Assembly: GCA_949283535.1 (NCBI GenBank)
Contig: CASDTC010000004.1
Span: 4,579 to 68,578, forward strand
DNA length: 64,000 bases
Direction: 5' to 3'
From: an uncultured Pseudomonadota bacterium
Lineage (GTDB): Bacteria > Pseudomonadota > Alphaproteobacteria > Rs-D84
This document shows, in pieces, positions 19,691 to 29,675 of the stretch (position 1 is its first letter; every line of letters begins with the position of its first letter). Below the pieces are notes generated by a model. That model worked only from the letters and a program-made list of their open reading frames with translations, did not search any database and had not been told where the DNA came from. A program made the translations under genes and the position numbers.

Positions 19691-19972
19691 TTATTGTATC
19701 ACTGCGGTTTTTATCATGGCAACATCTTCACGAATTGTATCGATTTTTATCTGTAATTGCCCGATACCGGTTTCCAGAATTGTTGTTCGGTTTTCTAGTG
19801 CGGTCAAGCGATGATCCGCACGATCCAGTTCCGCCAATGACGAATCCTGGCGTGCGACCCAATAAATCATGCCGGCAATAAATGCAATTAAAAACCAACT
19901 GTTGCGTAAAAAATCCAGTACCCCCATTGCCGTGGAACCCGTTTGTGTTGTCATCTTACTTACCCCGTTCAA
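19691..19972 (-). CDS. small membrane/coiled-coil protein (phage-associated)
   Basis: TM segment followed by a coiled coil. Lies downstream of the portal gene. Confidence 0.35.
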   Translation of the reverse strand: MNGVSKMTTQTGSTAMGVLDFLRNSWFLIAFIAGMIYWVARQDSSLAELDRADHRLTALENRTTILETGIGQLQIKIDTIREDVAMIKTAVIQ

Positions 19973-20147
19973 TCATGCTTTCAATTTGATGAACCAGGGC
20001 GCGTTGTGCTTCCAGTCCACGCAATTGCGCATCGGTGGCGTCTGGTCCCAATACGCGTTCAATTGTGATTTTACGCAAATGCCGCAATACCGCCGCCCCA
20101 GCCGATGTTGAAAATGTACGCGTATAATTTTGTTCTAAATCTTTCAT
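19956..20147 (-). CDS. small hypothetical protein (phage-associated)
   Basis: 63-aa ORF directly downstream of the portal gene, same strand. Confidence 0.25.
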   Translation of the reverse strand: MKDLEQNYTRTFSTSAGAAVLRHLRKITIERVLGPDATDAQLRGLEAQRALVHQIESMIERGK

Positions 20148-20163
20148 GAAATTTGCCCCCTGA

Positions 20164-21387
20164 TTAAATTAATGTTTCTTCGATTGCCATTTGTGCGATT
20201 GGCGCGATATATTTTAATTCTGTATCACTGTGCAGTGATATTTTATCAATCACGCCACGGCGCGATAAAATCTGCAATCCGCGTTCAACCAATGGGCGAA
20301 TAAATTCATGCAACAGTCGTCCATATGTCGCCCCCAGAATTCGCATCATATCCGCATTGCGCGCCATGATTTCAGTGGCAGTCATTTCTTTTTCACTTAA
20401 CAGCCCTAATCTGTCCGCCAGTAATGCATGACGAATCCGTTCACGCAAATCTTTTAATACAATCTGGGACACATCGAAATCTGCCCCAGATGATAATGGT
20501 GTCAGACCAGATGAACCAACCGCCTTTGGTATTATCGCCCCCGGGGTCAGATTTATATTCGACAGATTTATAACGCCGTCATCATCCGCCTGCCATATGC
20601 CAGAAACAGCAATTGTTGCGTTCTTTAAAACCAATTCAACGACTTTGTTCGCGGTTTTTATATCTGGCAATGCACGCAATACGGGACCACGCCCATATTG
20701 TTCACCACTGGCAACCGACCAACGAAATATTATGTATGGATTCGTTTCAAATTTGCCCGTTGATACAATATTGTTTTCAATATTACCGCCAACATCCAAC
20801 CATGCGGTAAAGTCTGTATCAATTAAACTTTGTACCAAACGCAATGGGGTTTCCGGATTATTCTTTATTTCATCACGCAGGTTTGCCGGCGGCGTCCATG
20901 TTGGGTATTTTTCCAGTACTTCACGTGCGGGCATCGTTGCCGTGTGAAATACAGCACCATTTAATGTTGCAATATCACGCATTGGAATCGCAGTAAATGA
21001 AAACGCAGATGCCGCACCAATCGGATTTTCCGCCATAAACAGGCATGCTGTCCCCAGTATTATTAAATCCATATAACATTGATGAATTGTTGTATAGAAA
21101 TTTGAATCATTCAGATTTGCACGCAATGCCATTGTTGCCGCGGCGGCATCTGGGGAATCAGCACTTTCTGGGACCAATGATATCCACAGTGATTCTGGTG
21201 GTGTCAGCAATGAATAAATTGATGCCGCCAGATTGTCAACCGCATCGGCGGCGGTGGCATCAAATAATGTTGCGGCATCGTCATCCGCCGTTGGCATGGT
21301 ATAGCGCAACGCACTGTCCCATCTGTTTAACCATGGCGCACGCAAATCTATCGCGCGCCGATACATTTGTTCAAGATTTTTATGCAT
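20164..21387 (-). CDS. phage portal (head-to-tail connector) protein
   Basis: About 408 aa from MHKNLEQMYRRAIDLRAPWLNRW..., podovirus connector-like. Lies 20 nt downstream of the terminase nuclease half. Confidence 0.55.
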   Translation of the reverse strand: MHKNLEQMYRRAIDLRAPWLNRWDSALRYTMPTADDDAATLFDATAADAVDNLAASIYSLLTPPESLWISLVPESADSPDAAAATMALRANLNDSNFYTTIHQCYMDLIILGTACLFMAENPIGAASAFSFTAIPMRDIATLNGAVFHTATMPAREVLEKYPTWTPPANLRDEIKNNPETPLRLVQSLIDTDFTAWLDVGGNIENNIVSTGKFETNPYIIFRWSVASGEQYGRGPVLRALPDIKTANKVVELVLKNATIAVSGIWQADDDGVINLSNINLTPGAIIPKAVGSSGLTPLSSGADFDVSQIVLKDLRERIRHALLADRLGLLSEKEMTATEIMARNADMMRILGATYGRLLHEFIRPLVERGLQILSRRGVIDKISLHSDTELKYIAPIAQMAIEETLI

Positions 21388-21406
21388 GAATTTTTCCTTT
21401 TGTCTG

Positions 21407-22255
21407 CTAAATTTTAAATTCTGTGTTTGCTGTAAATGGGCGGGTGCGTTGCCCCAATGGGCGTACAGGAATTGGTTGTGCACAAATTGCGCCGGCAACC
21501 GCGTCCAGTCCGTCATCATGCCCCAGCCCGCCCAATGGCGACCAACCTAACATTTCTGCAATCAATGGGGTCGCCTGGATACGCTGGTGTGCGTACAGCC
21601 GTCCTGTTGTTAAAACAGGTTCAATCGCATCTAAAATTCTGGATTCTTTGTTTTTATGATTGGTTATGTTAACTATATTAACCGATGTACCGCGATTACG
21701 CGCAACATCACGCATGATTTCAGGCAATGCATTTCCAATACCATTTGTTTCAATGCATATTCGATGTATACTGTGGTGTTGTAAAAAGCCCAATACCATT
21801 TCACACTGGCGTGCCAATGGATGTAATTCTGTATCTGGAACAATTAAATACAGCGCATCATGAATAAATATACATCTGTTTTTATCATCACGGTACAATA
21901 ATACACAAACACTGGCGTCTGATTTTTTACGTCCAGACGATGGATCCCAATATGCCGCCGCGCCTGTTATTAAATGTTCGCCAATGCTGGCGGTATTCAT
22001 ATTAAATTCTGCATCGTATAAATGCAATGCATCTGGGTCCAGGCGGGCGCGTTCAGGCGCAACAAATTCCAACATCATTTGCGCGGAAAAATATCGTGCG
22101 CCAACAGCATGGCGCATTTCATCAATACGCGAAATCGGAAACATTTCTGGCCATGCAGGTGTGCCGTCCCTTGAAATTACAGGTATTTTTAATTCACGAT
22201 ACCCACGCAAAAAAGGCGTTGAAAAAACAAAATTTTTAGATACCATATCTGACAT
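21407..22255 (-). CDS. phage terminase large subunit, C-terminal nuclease half (split gene)
   Basis: RNase-H-like nuclease motifs GRKKSDASVCVLLY and C-terminal GHDDGLDA. Has its own ATG. The N-terminal ATPase half lies 3.3 kb upstream on the same strand. Confidence 0.7.
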   Translation of the reverse strand: MSDMVSKNFVFSTPFLRGYRELKIPVISRDGTPAWPEMFPISRIDEMRHAVGARYFSAQMMLEFVAPERARLDPDALHLYDAEFNMNTASIGEHLITGAAAYWDPSSGRKKSDASVCVLLYRDDKNRCIFIHDALYLIVPDTELHPLARQCEMVLGFLQHHSIHRICIETNGIGNALPEIMRDVARNRGTSVNIVNITNHKNKESRILDAIEPVLTTGRLYAHQRIQATPLIAEMLGWSPLGGLGHDDGLDAVAGAICAQPIPVRPLGQRTRPFTANTEFKI

Positions 22256-23810
22256 GGATTTTACCCCAAAAACATTACCAACAAATCTGGAAGCAGAACA
22301 GGCGGTATTGGCGGCTGTTCTGATGAATAATCGCGCGTTGGAACGCGTGTCTGAATTTTTAAAACCGGAACATTTTTCACATCCGGCACACCAAGAAATT
22401 TACAAACTGGCACAACGACAATTTGCCGCCGGTATTCCGTTTGATATAATCACGGCAAAAAATTATCTGGATCAACAAGGAACCCTGGAATCTGTTGGCG
22501 GTGTTGATTATTTAACCCAATTGGCAGGTGCAGGTGCAACAGTTGTAAATGTTGAACAATACGGTCGCATCGTTTATGAAAATGCAATGCGGCGCGAATT
22601 AATTAACCTGGGGCAATCAATTACAGATGCTGCATTTGTCGAAGATTTAGACAATCCTGTATCTGCACAAATCGAAACCGCCGAACAAAAACTGTTTGAA
22701 ATGGCGTCCAGCGGTGTTTCCGAACGCGAAGTGTCATCAATCGCAACCGCATTGCAAAGCGCCCTGCAAGAAGCAGAAATTGCATACAAGGCAGATGGTA
22801 AATTATCTGGTTTGACAACTGGGTTAAATGCATTAGATAAATCAATCAGTGGGTTGCACCATTCTGATTTAATTATAATTGCGGGGCGTCCTGCAATGGG
22901 TAAAACAACACTGGCAATGAATATCGCATTTAATGCCGCAAATGCAATTCTGTATGGACGCGCAAATGAAAAGTACAAAGGCGCAGTTGCATTTTTCAGT
23001 CTGGAAATGTCGGCATCGCAACTGGCGGCGCGCGTGTTATCATCACAATCCAAAATCCCCGCATCTGCCATGCGCGAAGGTTCATTGACCGATGAAGACT
23101 TTTTAAAAATGTCCCAATATTCATCCGCAATTGGCAAGGTACCATTATATATTGATGATACCCCGGGAATGTCGGTACCAATGATACGAACACGCGCACG
23201 GCGTCTGGCGCGTAAATGCGGCGGAATTGCATTAATCGTAATTGACTATCTGCAATTAATGACATCTCCGGGTGGGCGCCGCAACGATAACCGTGTCCAA
23301 GAAATATCTGAAATCACACGTGGGCTGAAAATGTTGGCAAAAGAATTAGATGTCCCGGTTATCGCCCTGTCCCAGTTGTCGCGCAGTGTGGAATCCCGCG
23401 ATGACAAGCGCCCACAACTGGCAGACTTGCGTGAATCTGGTTCAATTGAACAAGACGCCGATATTGTTATGTTCACATATCGTGAAGAATACTATCTGGA
23501 AAATCGTGATCCATCACAACGCATTTCAGGAAACGCAAATGATAAAATTATCGAAAGTTATCAAAAGCGTTTGGAACGCGCACGCGGTAAAGCCGATGTT
23601 ATAATCGGTAAAAACCGTCATGGTCGACCAGAAACGGTGCATTTGGCGTTCTTTGGCGATTACAGTCTGTTTGATAATTTGGACGAAATTGATGCACGCG
23701 GAATGAACGAATTTTCCGCCCAGCAACAAAGCACACCACAAATTGGTGATGAAGATTTCGAACCAACACCAATTGATACAGATGCAATCCCTGATGATAT
23801 GCCGTTGTAA
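22254..23810 (+). CDS. dnaB: replicative DNA helicase DnaB with an acidic C-terminal extension
   Basis: N-terminal EAEQAVLAAVLMNN, Walker A GRPAMGKTT, KNRHGRPETVHLAF near the C-terminus, then an acidic tail of about 45 aa. ATG overlaps the divergent start of the terminase nuclease half by 2 nt. Confidence 0.85.
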   Translation: MDFTPKTLPTNLEAEQAVLAAVLMNNRALERVSEFLKPEHFSHPAHQEIYKLAQRQFAAGIPFDIITAKNYLDQQGTLESVGGVDYLTQLAGAGATVVNVEQYGRIVYENAMRRELINLGQSITDAAFVEDLDNPVSAQIETAEQKLFEMASSGVSEREVSSIATALQSALQEAEIAYKADGKLSGLTTGLNALDKSISGLHHSDLIIIAGRPAMGKTTLAMNIAFNAANAILYGRANEKYKGAVAFFSLEMSASQLAARVLSSQSKIPASAMREGSLTDEDFLKMSQYSSAIGKVPLYIDDTPGMSVPMIRTRARRLARKCGGIALIVIDYLQLMTSPGGRRNDNRVQEISEITRGLKMLAKELDVPVIALSQLSRSVESRDDKRPQLADLRESGSIEQDADIVMFTYREEYYLENRDPSQRISGNANDKIIESYQKRLERARGKADVIIGKNRHGRPETVHLAFFGDYSLFDNLDEIDARGMNEFSAQQQSTPQIGDEDFEPTPIDTDAIPDDMPL

Positions 23811-23879
23811 AATATTTTCTGCTTGCCATATTTCTGAAAATTGACTAATATTTTGTCAAGAATTGACAAGGAGTTTGCG

Positions 23880-24887
23880 ATGGCCCAAGAAGAAATAATT
23901 TTCCCAAATAATATCAGAAACATTCGATTGGCAAACGGCATGAAGATGACCGAGTTGGCACGCCAGGCAAATTTGTCTTTATCTGCAGTATCCAAGATAG
24001 AAAAAGGTGTTCGCCGTTTAAACCAAAAACAGTTATTGAATATCTGCAATATTTTAGGCTGTAAACTGTCGGATATTTTTATCAAAGAATCTGACGATGT
24101 TGCCGGACAATGGCAAAATGAAATTAAGCGCAGATTAAATGATAACGAAGACAGTGGGCTGAAAATATTTGGCAGCGGGCTGCGCAAAATCAGGCAACAA
24201 TCTGGTAAAACAATTGCCCAGGCGGCAAAAGATGCAGGTATGACATTGTCTGTATATCATAAGATAGAAGTTGGGCAACGCGAAATATATCAAAATGAAA
24301 TCGAGCCATTGGCAAAATCTTTTTCTTATACAGTTGGCGATATGTTTGATAAAATCGCTGCAATGTATAAATCGGGTGAATTAAACAAACAAATTAATAA
24401 GGTTAAGGAACGCGTTAAATCTGTTCTGATTCCGGGCAGTCCATTGTCTGGTATTGACATGCACAGCAGTCTGTATGGTGCAAAACTGTATGACAGTGCG
24501 CGTAAAAAATTGGTTCCTGTATTTGGCACGCCATCTGGCAAATCAATCACTTTTAAAAAATCAGATAAAACCATGATTGTTGCCCCAATGCCACTGGAAG
24601 GACATAAAGGAATTTACGCCGTAATCCCAAATTCAAAACGATTGGGTGGTTTTATTCCTGAAAAATCATATGTATTTGCAGATGCAGATACGCCCGCAGC
24701 GGTTGGTGATTTGGCGGTATGTATCGATACCGATTTTAATTCAATGGATTCAAATGATGTTGCAACCGCACAAATTGTCAGTGTCCGCCAGGATTCCAGG
24801 GGCAAAATATACGGGCAAATCGCATCACCCGAAGAAAAAATTATTGGCAAAAACATGCACAAGGTTGTTATGATTGTAATGGAATAA
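23880..24887 (+). CDS. CI/LexA-like repressor with tandem XRE HTH domains and a C-terminal S24-peptidase-like domain
   Basis: Two HTH_3 modules (MKMTELARQANLSLSAVSKIEKG and KTIAQAAKDAGMTLSVYHKIEVG). C-terminal beta-rich domain with an LexA-like layout. RBS aaggag. Confidence 0.55.
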   Translation: MAQEEIIFPNNIRNIRLANGMKMTELARQANLSLSAVSKIEKGVRRLNQKQLLNICNILGCKLSDIFIKESDDVAGQWQNEIKRRLNDNEDSGLKIFGSGLRKIRQQSGKTIAQAAKDAGMTLSVYHKIEVGQREIYQNEIEPLAKSFSYTVGDMFDKIAAMYKSGELNKQINKVKERVKSVLIPGSPLSGIDMHSSLYGAKLYDSARKKLVPVFGTPSGKSITFKKSDKTMIVAPMPLEGHKGIYAVIPNSKRLGGFIPEKSYVFADADTPAAVGDLAVCIDTDFNSMDSNDVATAQIVSVRQDSRGKIYGQIASPEEKIIGKNMHKVVMIVME

Positions 24888-24911
24888 CATTTCTGTACAG
24901 GGGGGACAAAA

Positions 24912-25592
24912 ATGAACGCAAAAGCCAGCACAACCGCACAAAAATTATTAAACCTGTATCGCCAAGAACATGTTATTTTCGGCGGATGGGCAGCCGTTAA
25001 TCAGGTCTTTGTCAATGAAGCCACCCCAGAAATCTTGCGCGAATTACGCGAATTGCCAACCGGAAAAAATCTGATAAAACATATTGAAAACCTGCGCAGT
25101 GGTAAAACAAAAATGGATTCCATTGAACGCGAACTGTTGCCGTATGGTGGATTAATGGCGGAAACCATTGCAACCGTACCGTTGACATCGAATGAATGGA
25201 ATGAATTAGAATCTGGGATAAATTCATTTACCACCGACCAAGAAGGATTAGACCGAATACAACAATTAAATGTTATAAAAAAATTTGGCGACCAATGGAT
25301 TGTTGCAATACGTGCGGCATTATCAGAACGACCAGATTTATTAGAAAAATGGTCAATCGTTACAAAAACATATCGTGCATATTATTTATGGAAGGTTGCC
25401 AGCGATATGCTGAACCAACCATTATCTGAACGCGCACGCGCACAATTACAGGCCGACATGCCAGAATATGAAACATATCTGCCAATGTTTGGCGATAAGG
25501 GTACAGAACTGTTAGAAAAACTGCGTTCATTTATTACAACGATGAAACCGATTGAAACAGATAACGCCCCAGATGCCCCAACATCTATCTAG
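24912..25592 (+). CDS. hypothetical protein
   Basis: 226 aa with no recognisable motifs. Stops converge on the terminase ATPase half with a 4-nt overlap. Confidence 0.45.
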   Translation: MNAKASTTAQKLLNLYRQEHVIFGGWAAVNQVFVNEATPEILRELRELPTGKNLIKHIENLRSGKTKMDSIERELLPYGGLMAETIATVPLTSNEWNELESGINSFTTDQEGLDRIQQLNVIKKFGDQWIVAIRAALSERPDLLEKWSIVTKTYRAYYLWKVASDMLNQPLSERARAQLQADMPEYETYLPMFGDKGTELLEKLRSFITTMKPIETDNAPDAPTSI

Positions 25593-26245
25593 CCCCCATC
25601 GTTATCATGTGTTCTGTAAATCGTATCCATTGTATGTGGTGTGCCAATATATAACATTGTCCCAGTGGGGGATAAAATAAAATCCAATTCACGCAATCGT
25701 TCCCGCAATGCCGTGCGTTTTTGTGTGGTGTTTGATGTGTTTGGGACCTCTATATCATCACAAATAATTAAATCTGCACGCATTCCTGTAATATTGCCAT
25801 GAATGCCTTGGCACATAACGGATGGTTCGCGTATTCCAATCGCACGATTTATGGTTATTCGACCATTTGCCCATTCTTTTTTATTTTTAGGAATCAGATT
25901 TGCACATCGTGGATGATTTTCCAATATATGACGAATATGCGATACCATACGCGTTGCCAAACTGTTTTCAGCAGACAATATCAGGATTCTGGTTTCTGGG
26001 TACAGGTATAAAATACATGCTGCAAATATACCAACAACTGTTGATTTACCAGAATGCCGAAATGCCATCAACAACCCACGATGCGGTGGCGTTTCCCATA
26101 TTGATACTAAAAATTCCATGATTCGCCGGTGATGTGCCGGCGTGGTCAGTCCCAATATATCGTTCCATTCATCCAGAAATTCATAAAACGCCGTAATCAT
26201 CGCGATTTTCATTTGGTGCAGGTTCTGTAATACTGCCATAATCAT
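25589..26245 (-). CDS. phage terminase large subunit, N-terminal ATPase half (split gene)
   Basis: Walker A AFRHSGKST, Walker B ADLIICDD, coupling motif YIGTPHT. Ends shortly after the ATPase domain. Confidence 0.7.
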   Translation of the reverse strand: MIMAVLQNLHQMKIAMITAFYEFLDEWNDILGLTTPAHHRRIMEFLVSIWETPPHRGLLMAFRHSGKSTVVGIFAACILYLYPETRILILSAENSLATRMVSHIRHILENHPRCANLIPKNKKEWANGRITINRAIGIREPSVMCQGIHGNITGMRADLIICDDIEVPNTSNTTQKRTALRERLRELDFILSPTGTMLYIGTPHTMDTIYRTHDNDGG

Positions 26246-26729
26246 TTATTAATTTTGGCAATGCATTTTCCAGAACAGATACCAAATTCCCATACAATCC
26301 CATTACCGCCCCACCGGTTAGTTTATCTTGGATAACACTTAAATTATATTCCAAAAATGCCATCACATTATTGTGGGTGTTTTTCCATTCGGTTAAATCA
26401 ATATCTATTTCATGTAAATCACGAAAGGCTTCGACCAAAAAATTAAAATCAGAATTTAAATTTTCTGGGTCTATTTTTGCAGTAGGCTGGTAATCAATAA
26501 CACGCGTTAATGCAATTTGGCGAAAAATATCAATTTGTGCGCCTGATTCTGGGGCAATGGGGAAGACAACCGTGCCACCATCAAAATCGTCATTTGCAAC
26601 AACCGCATAATTTGCAGAATCCATAACAGATTCATTAATCGCAACCCGAACATCTGCATCCTGGAAAAAAGGGAATGCAAAAATATACTGCGTTGTTTCG
26701 CCATCGCCGGTATATGATACTTTATACAT
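26181..26729 (-). CDS. T7 gp17-like tail fibre, N-terminal tail-attachment domain only
   Basis: MYKVSYTGDGETTQYIFAFPFFQDADVRVAIN resembles T7 gp17 VLTYQLDGSNRDFNIPFEYLARKFVVVTLIG. Only 182 aa. 3' end overlaps the terminase ATPase half out of frame. Confidence 0.45.
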   Translation of the reverse strand: MYKVSYTGDGETTQYIFAFPFFQDADVRVAINESVMDSANYAVVANDDFDGGTVVFPIAPESGAQIDIFRQIALTRVIDYQPTAKIDPENLNSDFNFLVEAFRDLHEIDIDLTEWKNTHNNVMAFLEYNLSVIQDKLTGGAVMGLYGNLVSVLENALPKLINDYGSITEPAPNENRDDYGVL

Positions 26730-26743
26730 TTTATTCCCCGTTT

Positions 26744-27091
26744 TTATCCGACCAAATCATCAAATTTATCCAATAATGTTTGCAACAGGTTTGGACGCTG
26801 TGCTTTAGTTTGTTTTAATTTTTCCATATTTGCACGGCGGCGTTCATTATATGGTTGCGCTGTTTCAGATTGCAATCTTTTCAACACCGCGCCAGTTGAC
26901 ATACTGCGTCCAGATACACCAGACGCGCCATATTTTGCACGTTGGGTTGCCAATGCTTTTTTTACCAGGTTTGTTTTTTCACGCTCGTCCGCCGCCATAT
27001 CAGATAAAATTTGTTGGCGGGTGTTTTCAGCCTGTTGTTTTGAATCCTTGTAATCTAAAATACTTTTTACATCTGATACCAATTGTCCCAT
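26744..27091 (-). CDS. coiled-coil virion-associated hypothetical protein
   Basis: 115 aa, predicted helical, sits between tail tubular B and the fibre stub. Confidence 0.35.
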   Translation of the reverse strand: MGQLVSDVKSILDYKDSKQQAENTRQQILSDMAADEREKTNLVKKALATQRAKYGASGVSGRSMSTGAVLKRLQSETAQPYNERRRANMEKLKQTKAQRPNLLQTLLDKFDDLVG

Positions 27092-27114
27092 TGTATTTAC
27101 CCCTTGGATTAAAT

Positions 27115-28830
27115 TTATACTATGTAATATCCGTACATCGATACAGACAAAATTGTTGATGGTAATTGTTCACTGCTGGAAATTTTCCATGGCGCATTTA
27201 TACAATTACGTTGAACCCCCAGTAAATTTACAGATACATCACCACTGTATCCAGATGACGCGTCATCGTATATATCGTTCGGCAATGATGCGCGCGCGTC
27301 ATTTATAAATAATGTTTTTGTATTTAAAACCCGCGCAGATATTTTACGAATTTTCAATTTGTTCGCATTATGACCAGACGCACGCAGCGGCATTGCCGCC
27401 GCAGCAAACGAAAAACCATATTGACCCGCATCGTTTAATGCAGTATCTGAAAATTTTTCCAGAAAATAATTCGCACCCCGGGCAACAACCGTATATGTTT
27501 GACCATCCAGTGTCGCAACAGATTTAAATTGACCCTGGGTTTTATATTGCGCCCATGCAGAAATCCCCAATGCAGAATTCTGATTTAAAACCGCCATATC
27601 GCCATCTGACATTACAACAAATAATTGCCGGGTATTATCATTATATGATAAATCAACCGGATCACGCATTAAATGCTTTGCCGCGGCACATAAATCATTT
27701 GCATTATAATATTCGCCCAATTGATCCAAGCTTAATTCACGAATGTCTTTTTTACCCGCAGATATGAATACGGTTGCCCCCTCTATCTTTTGTGGCGGCA
27801 GATATCTGGACGCAACGCTGCCAACAGATGTGTGTTGTTTTATATCAACCGCCGATGGTGTTAATGGCTTGCTGGAAATCGCCCATTCACCAGCATTTGT
27901 TAAAATTTGTAAATTATCGCTGCTGACAACTGTGCATATCTGTTGACGCTGTTGCGACAGTAATGTTAAAAAGATGGCTTCATCATCCAGACCAGTTCCA
28001 ACATTAAAATTATTATGCCGTCCAACACGCGACATCCATACGCCACTGGGCCATGCACGCGAACCACCAAACACCAATCTGTCTTGATGAAATGTAATAC
28101 TGCACGGCCAGCCACGGCGCGTGCTGAATGCCGCTTCGTACCAATCGGATACCGGGTCTGATGGTATTGAATATGTGCCGTTTGTATATGCATACACAAC
28201 CGTTGGACTGACATATTCTGTGATTATCCATTGTTTATCCAGTAATAAAAAGCGCCCGTCTTCATTTTCAGATGTCCAAAAATTTTTATTTGTTGTAAAT
28301 GTTGCATAGTTATTACCACTGGCATTTGATGATACTGTTATCTTTATGCCATCTGCATCATCAAATTTCATAAACGGTATATTTACAGTCATATCAGAAT
28401 CATTGCGTTCAAAGTCAAATGCAATGATATCAAATGTGCTGTCTGTTTTCTGTAATACATATGGTTGATAATCTGGATGAACAAATATCATTGTGCCAAA
28501 TCGCTGGGCATATTGCAATTTATCCAATTCATCAAAATCCCATGGTGCAAATAAATCTGCAATACGAACATCATCGCTGTACACTAAAATATGTCCATCT
28601 GTTAAAACCAGCAAGTAATTTTCTGATTCGCCAACAGAAAACGGTATCAGACGCGCCGATGACGATAAATTTGCAACAGACGCCAATCCACGGCGCCGTT
28701 GTAACCCACCCCCCGCCAGCACATCCATATTTTCCAATCGCGACAAACCATTTAAATTATCGCGGGCAAAAAATTCTGGCGCGACTTCACCGTCTGCAAA
28801 TGAATTCTGTGTTTTTATAAAATCGCCCAT
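27115..28830 (-). CDS. T7 gp12-like tail tubular protein B
   Basis: N-terminus GDFIKTQNSFADGEVAPEFFARDNL...GLQRRRGL matches T7 gp12 ISQSIKNLKGGISQQPDILRYPDQ...GLQKRPPL. 571 aa. Confidence 0.6.
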   Translation of the reverse strand: MGDFIKTQNSFADGEVAPEFFARDNLNGLSRLENMDVLAGGGLQRRRGLASVANLSSSARLIPFSVGESENYLLVLTDGHILVYSDDVRIADLFAPWDFDELDKLQYAQRFGTMIFVHPDYQPYVLQKTDSTFDIIAFDFERNDSDMTVNIPFMKFDDADGIKITVSSNASGNNYATFTTNKNFWTSENEDGRFLLLDKQWIITEYVSPTVVYAYTNGTYSIPSDPVSDWYEAAFSTRRGWPCSITFHQDRLVFGGSRAWPSGVWMSRVGRHNNFNVGTGLDDEAIFLTLLSQQRQQICTVVSSDNLQILTNAGEWAISSKPLTPSAVDIKQHTSVGSVASRYLPPQKIEGATVFISAGKKDIRELSLDQLGEYYNANDLCAAAKHLMRDPVDLSYNDNTRQLFVVMSDGDMAVLNQNSALGISAWAQYKTQGQFKSVATLDGQTYTVVARGANYFLEKFSDTALNDAGQYGFSFAAAAMPLRASGHNANKLKIRKISARVLNTKTLFINDARASLPNDIYDDASSGYSGDVSVNLLGVQRNCINAPWKISSSEQLPSTILSVSMYGYYIV

Positions 28831-28846
28831 TTATCCCCCCCTGTAA

Positions 28847-29365
28847 TTAAAATCGCGTATTTATCAAAGAAAAATTTTTTATCCCTGCTGTCGGTGCAGA
28901 CGCACTGTCAATATATTTTGCAGATTGTAATTCTGTTTCATATAACGCCGCCAACATTCTGAATACCGTTTGTTCACCAATTAGCGGAATGCAAAATTCC
29001 ATTGCCAATTTCGTTGCCACCAATGATACAAAATAACTGGGGAATAATTCAGGCGCGACACGAATAATTGCGGTTATATTTATTGTATCTGTCGGTGCAA
29101 TAACCGTATTTCCGATTATTTCACCATTGCACTTTAAAACGCGCAAAATATCCGCAGGCAATAAAAATTCGCCATCATTATTTTTGGTCAATTCAAAACA
29201 TTTACATGCAAATCGCCATGGATGCATTGCCAGTAATGCATCAACCACTGGGTCAAATAAAGTTCGCCCCAATTGCGCCGCGGGCGTGTCATCCAGTAAT
29301 GATTGTATCGGTTTTTCACCCAATTTTAACAGCGCCATTGAACATAAATCTATTTTTGTATGCAT
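28847..29365 (-). CDS. T7 gp11-like tail tubular protein A
   Basis: MALLKLGEKPIQSLLDD matches gp11 ILASIGEPPVSTLEGD. 172 aa. Confidence 0.55.
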   Translation of the reverse strand: MHTKIDLCSMALLKLGEKPIQSLLDDTPAAQLGRTLFDPVVDALLAMHPWRFACKCFELTKNNDGEFLLPADILRVLKCNGEIIGNTVIAPTDTINITAIIRVAPELFPSYFVSLVATKLAMEFCIPLIGEQTVFRMLAALYETELQSAKYIDSASAPTAGIKNFSLINTRF

Positions 29366-29420
29366 TTGTGTTATCCAATTTTATATTAAAAAAACGGGGT
29401 GCCGTGGCACCCCAATTAAA

Positions 29421-29648
29421 TTATGCCAATGCAGCAACCGCCACATTCGTACTGACCGTTATTTTCTTTATCGATGTATTATCAGATGCATTAATAATAA
29501 CGATATCACCAGTGTTCATTAATGTTTTGACGCTGTCAAAATATCCAGATGCGGAAATTGTCGCCATTGTTTCTGTTGATGCATAATGCCACAATGTAAA
29601 TCCGTTTGCATATGCGATTACAGATAAATTTTTATTTTGAAAAGCCAT
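29421..29648 (-). CDS. small hypothetical protein between capsid and tail tubular A
   Basis: 75-aa ORF with a consistent operon position. Confidence 0.3.
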   Translation of the reverse strand: MAFQNKNLSVIAYANGFTLWHYASTETMATISASGYFDSVKTLMNTGDIVIINASDNTSIKKITVSTNVAVAALA

Positions 29649-29675
29649 TTATAATTTCCTTTGTTTGCATTTAAA

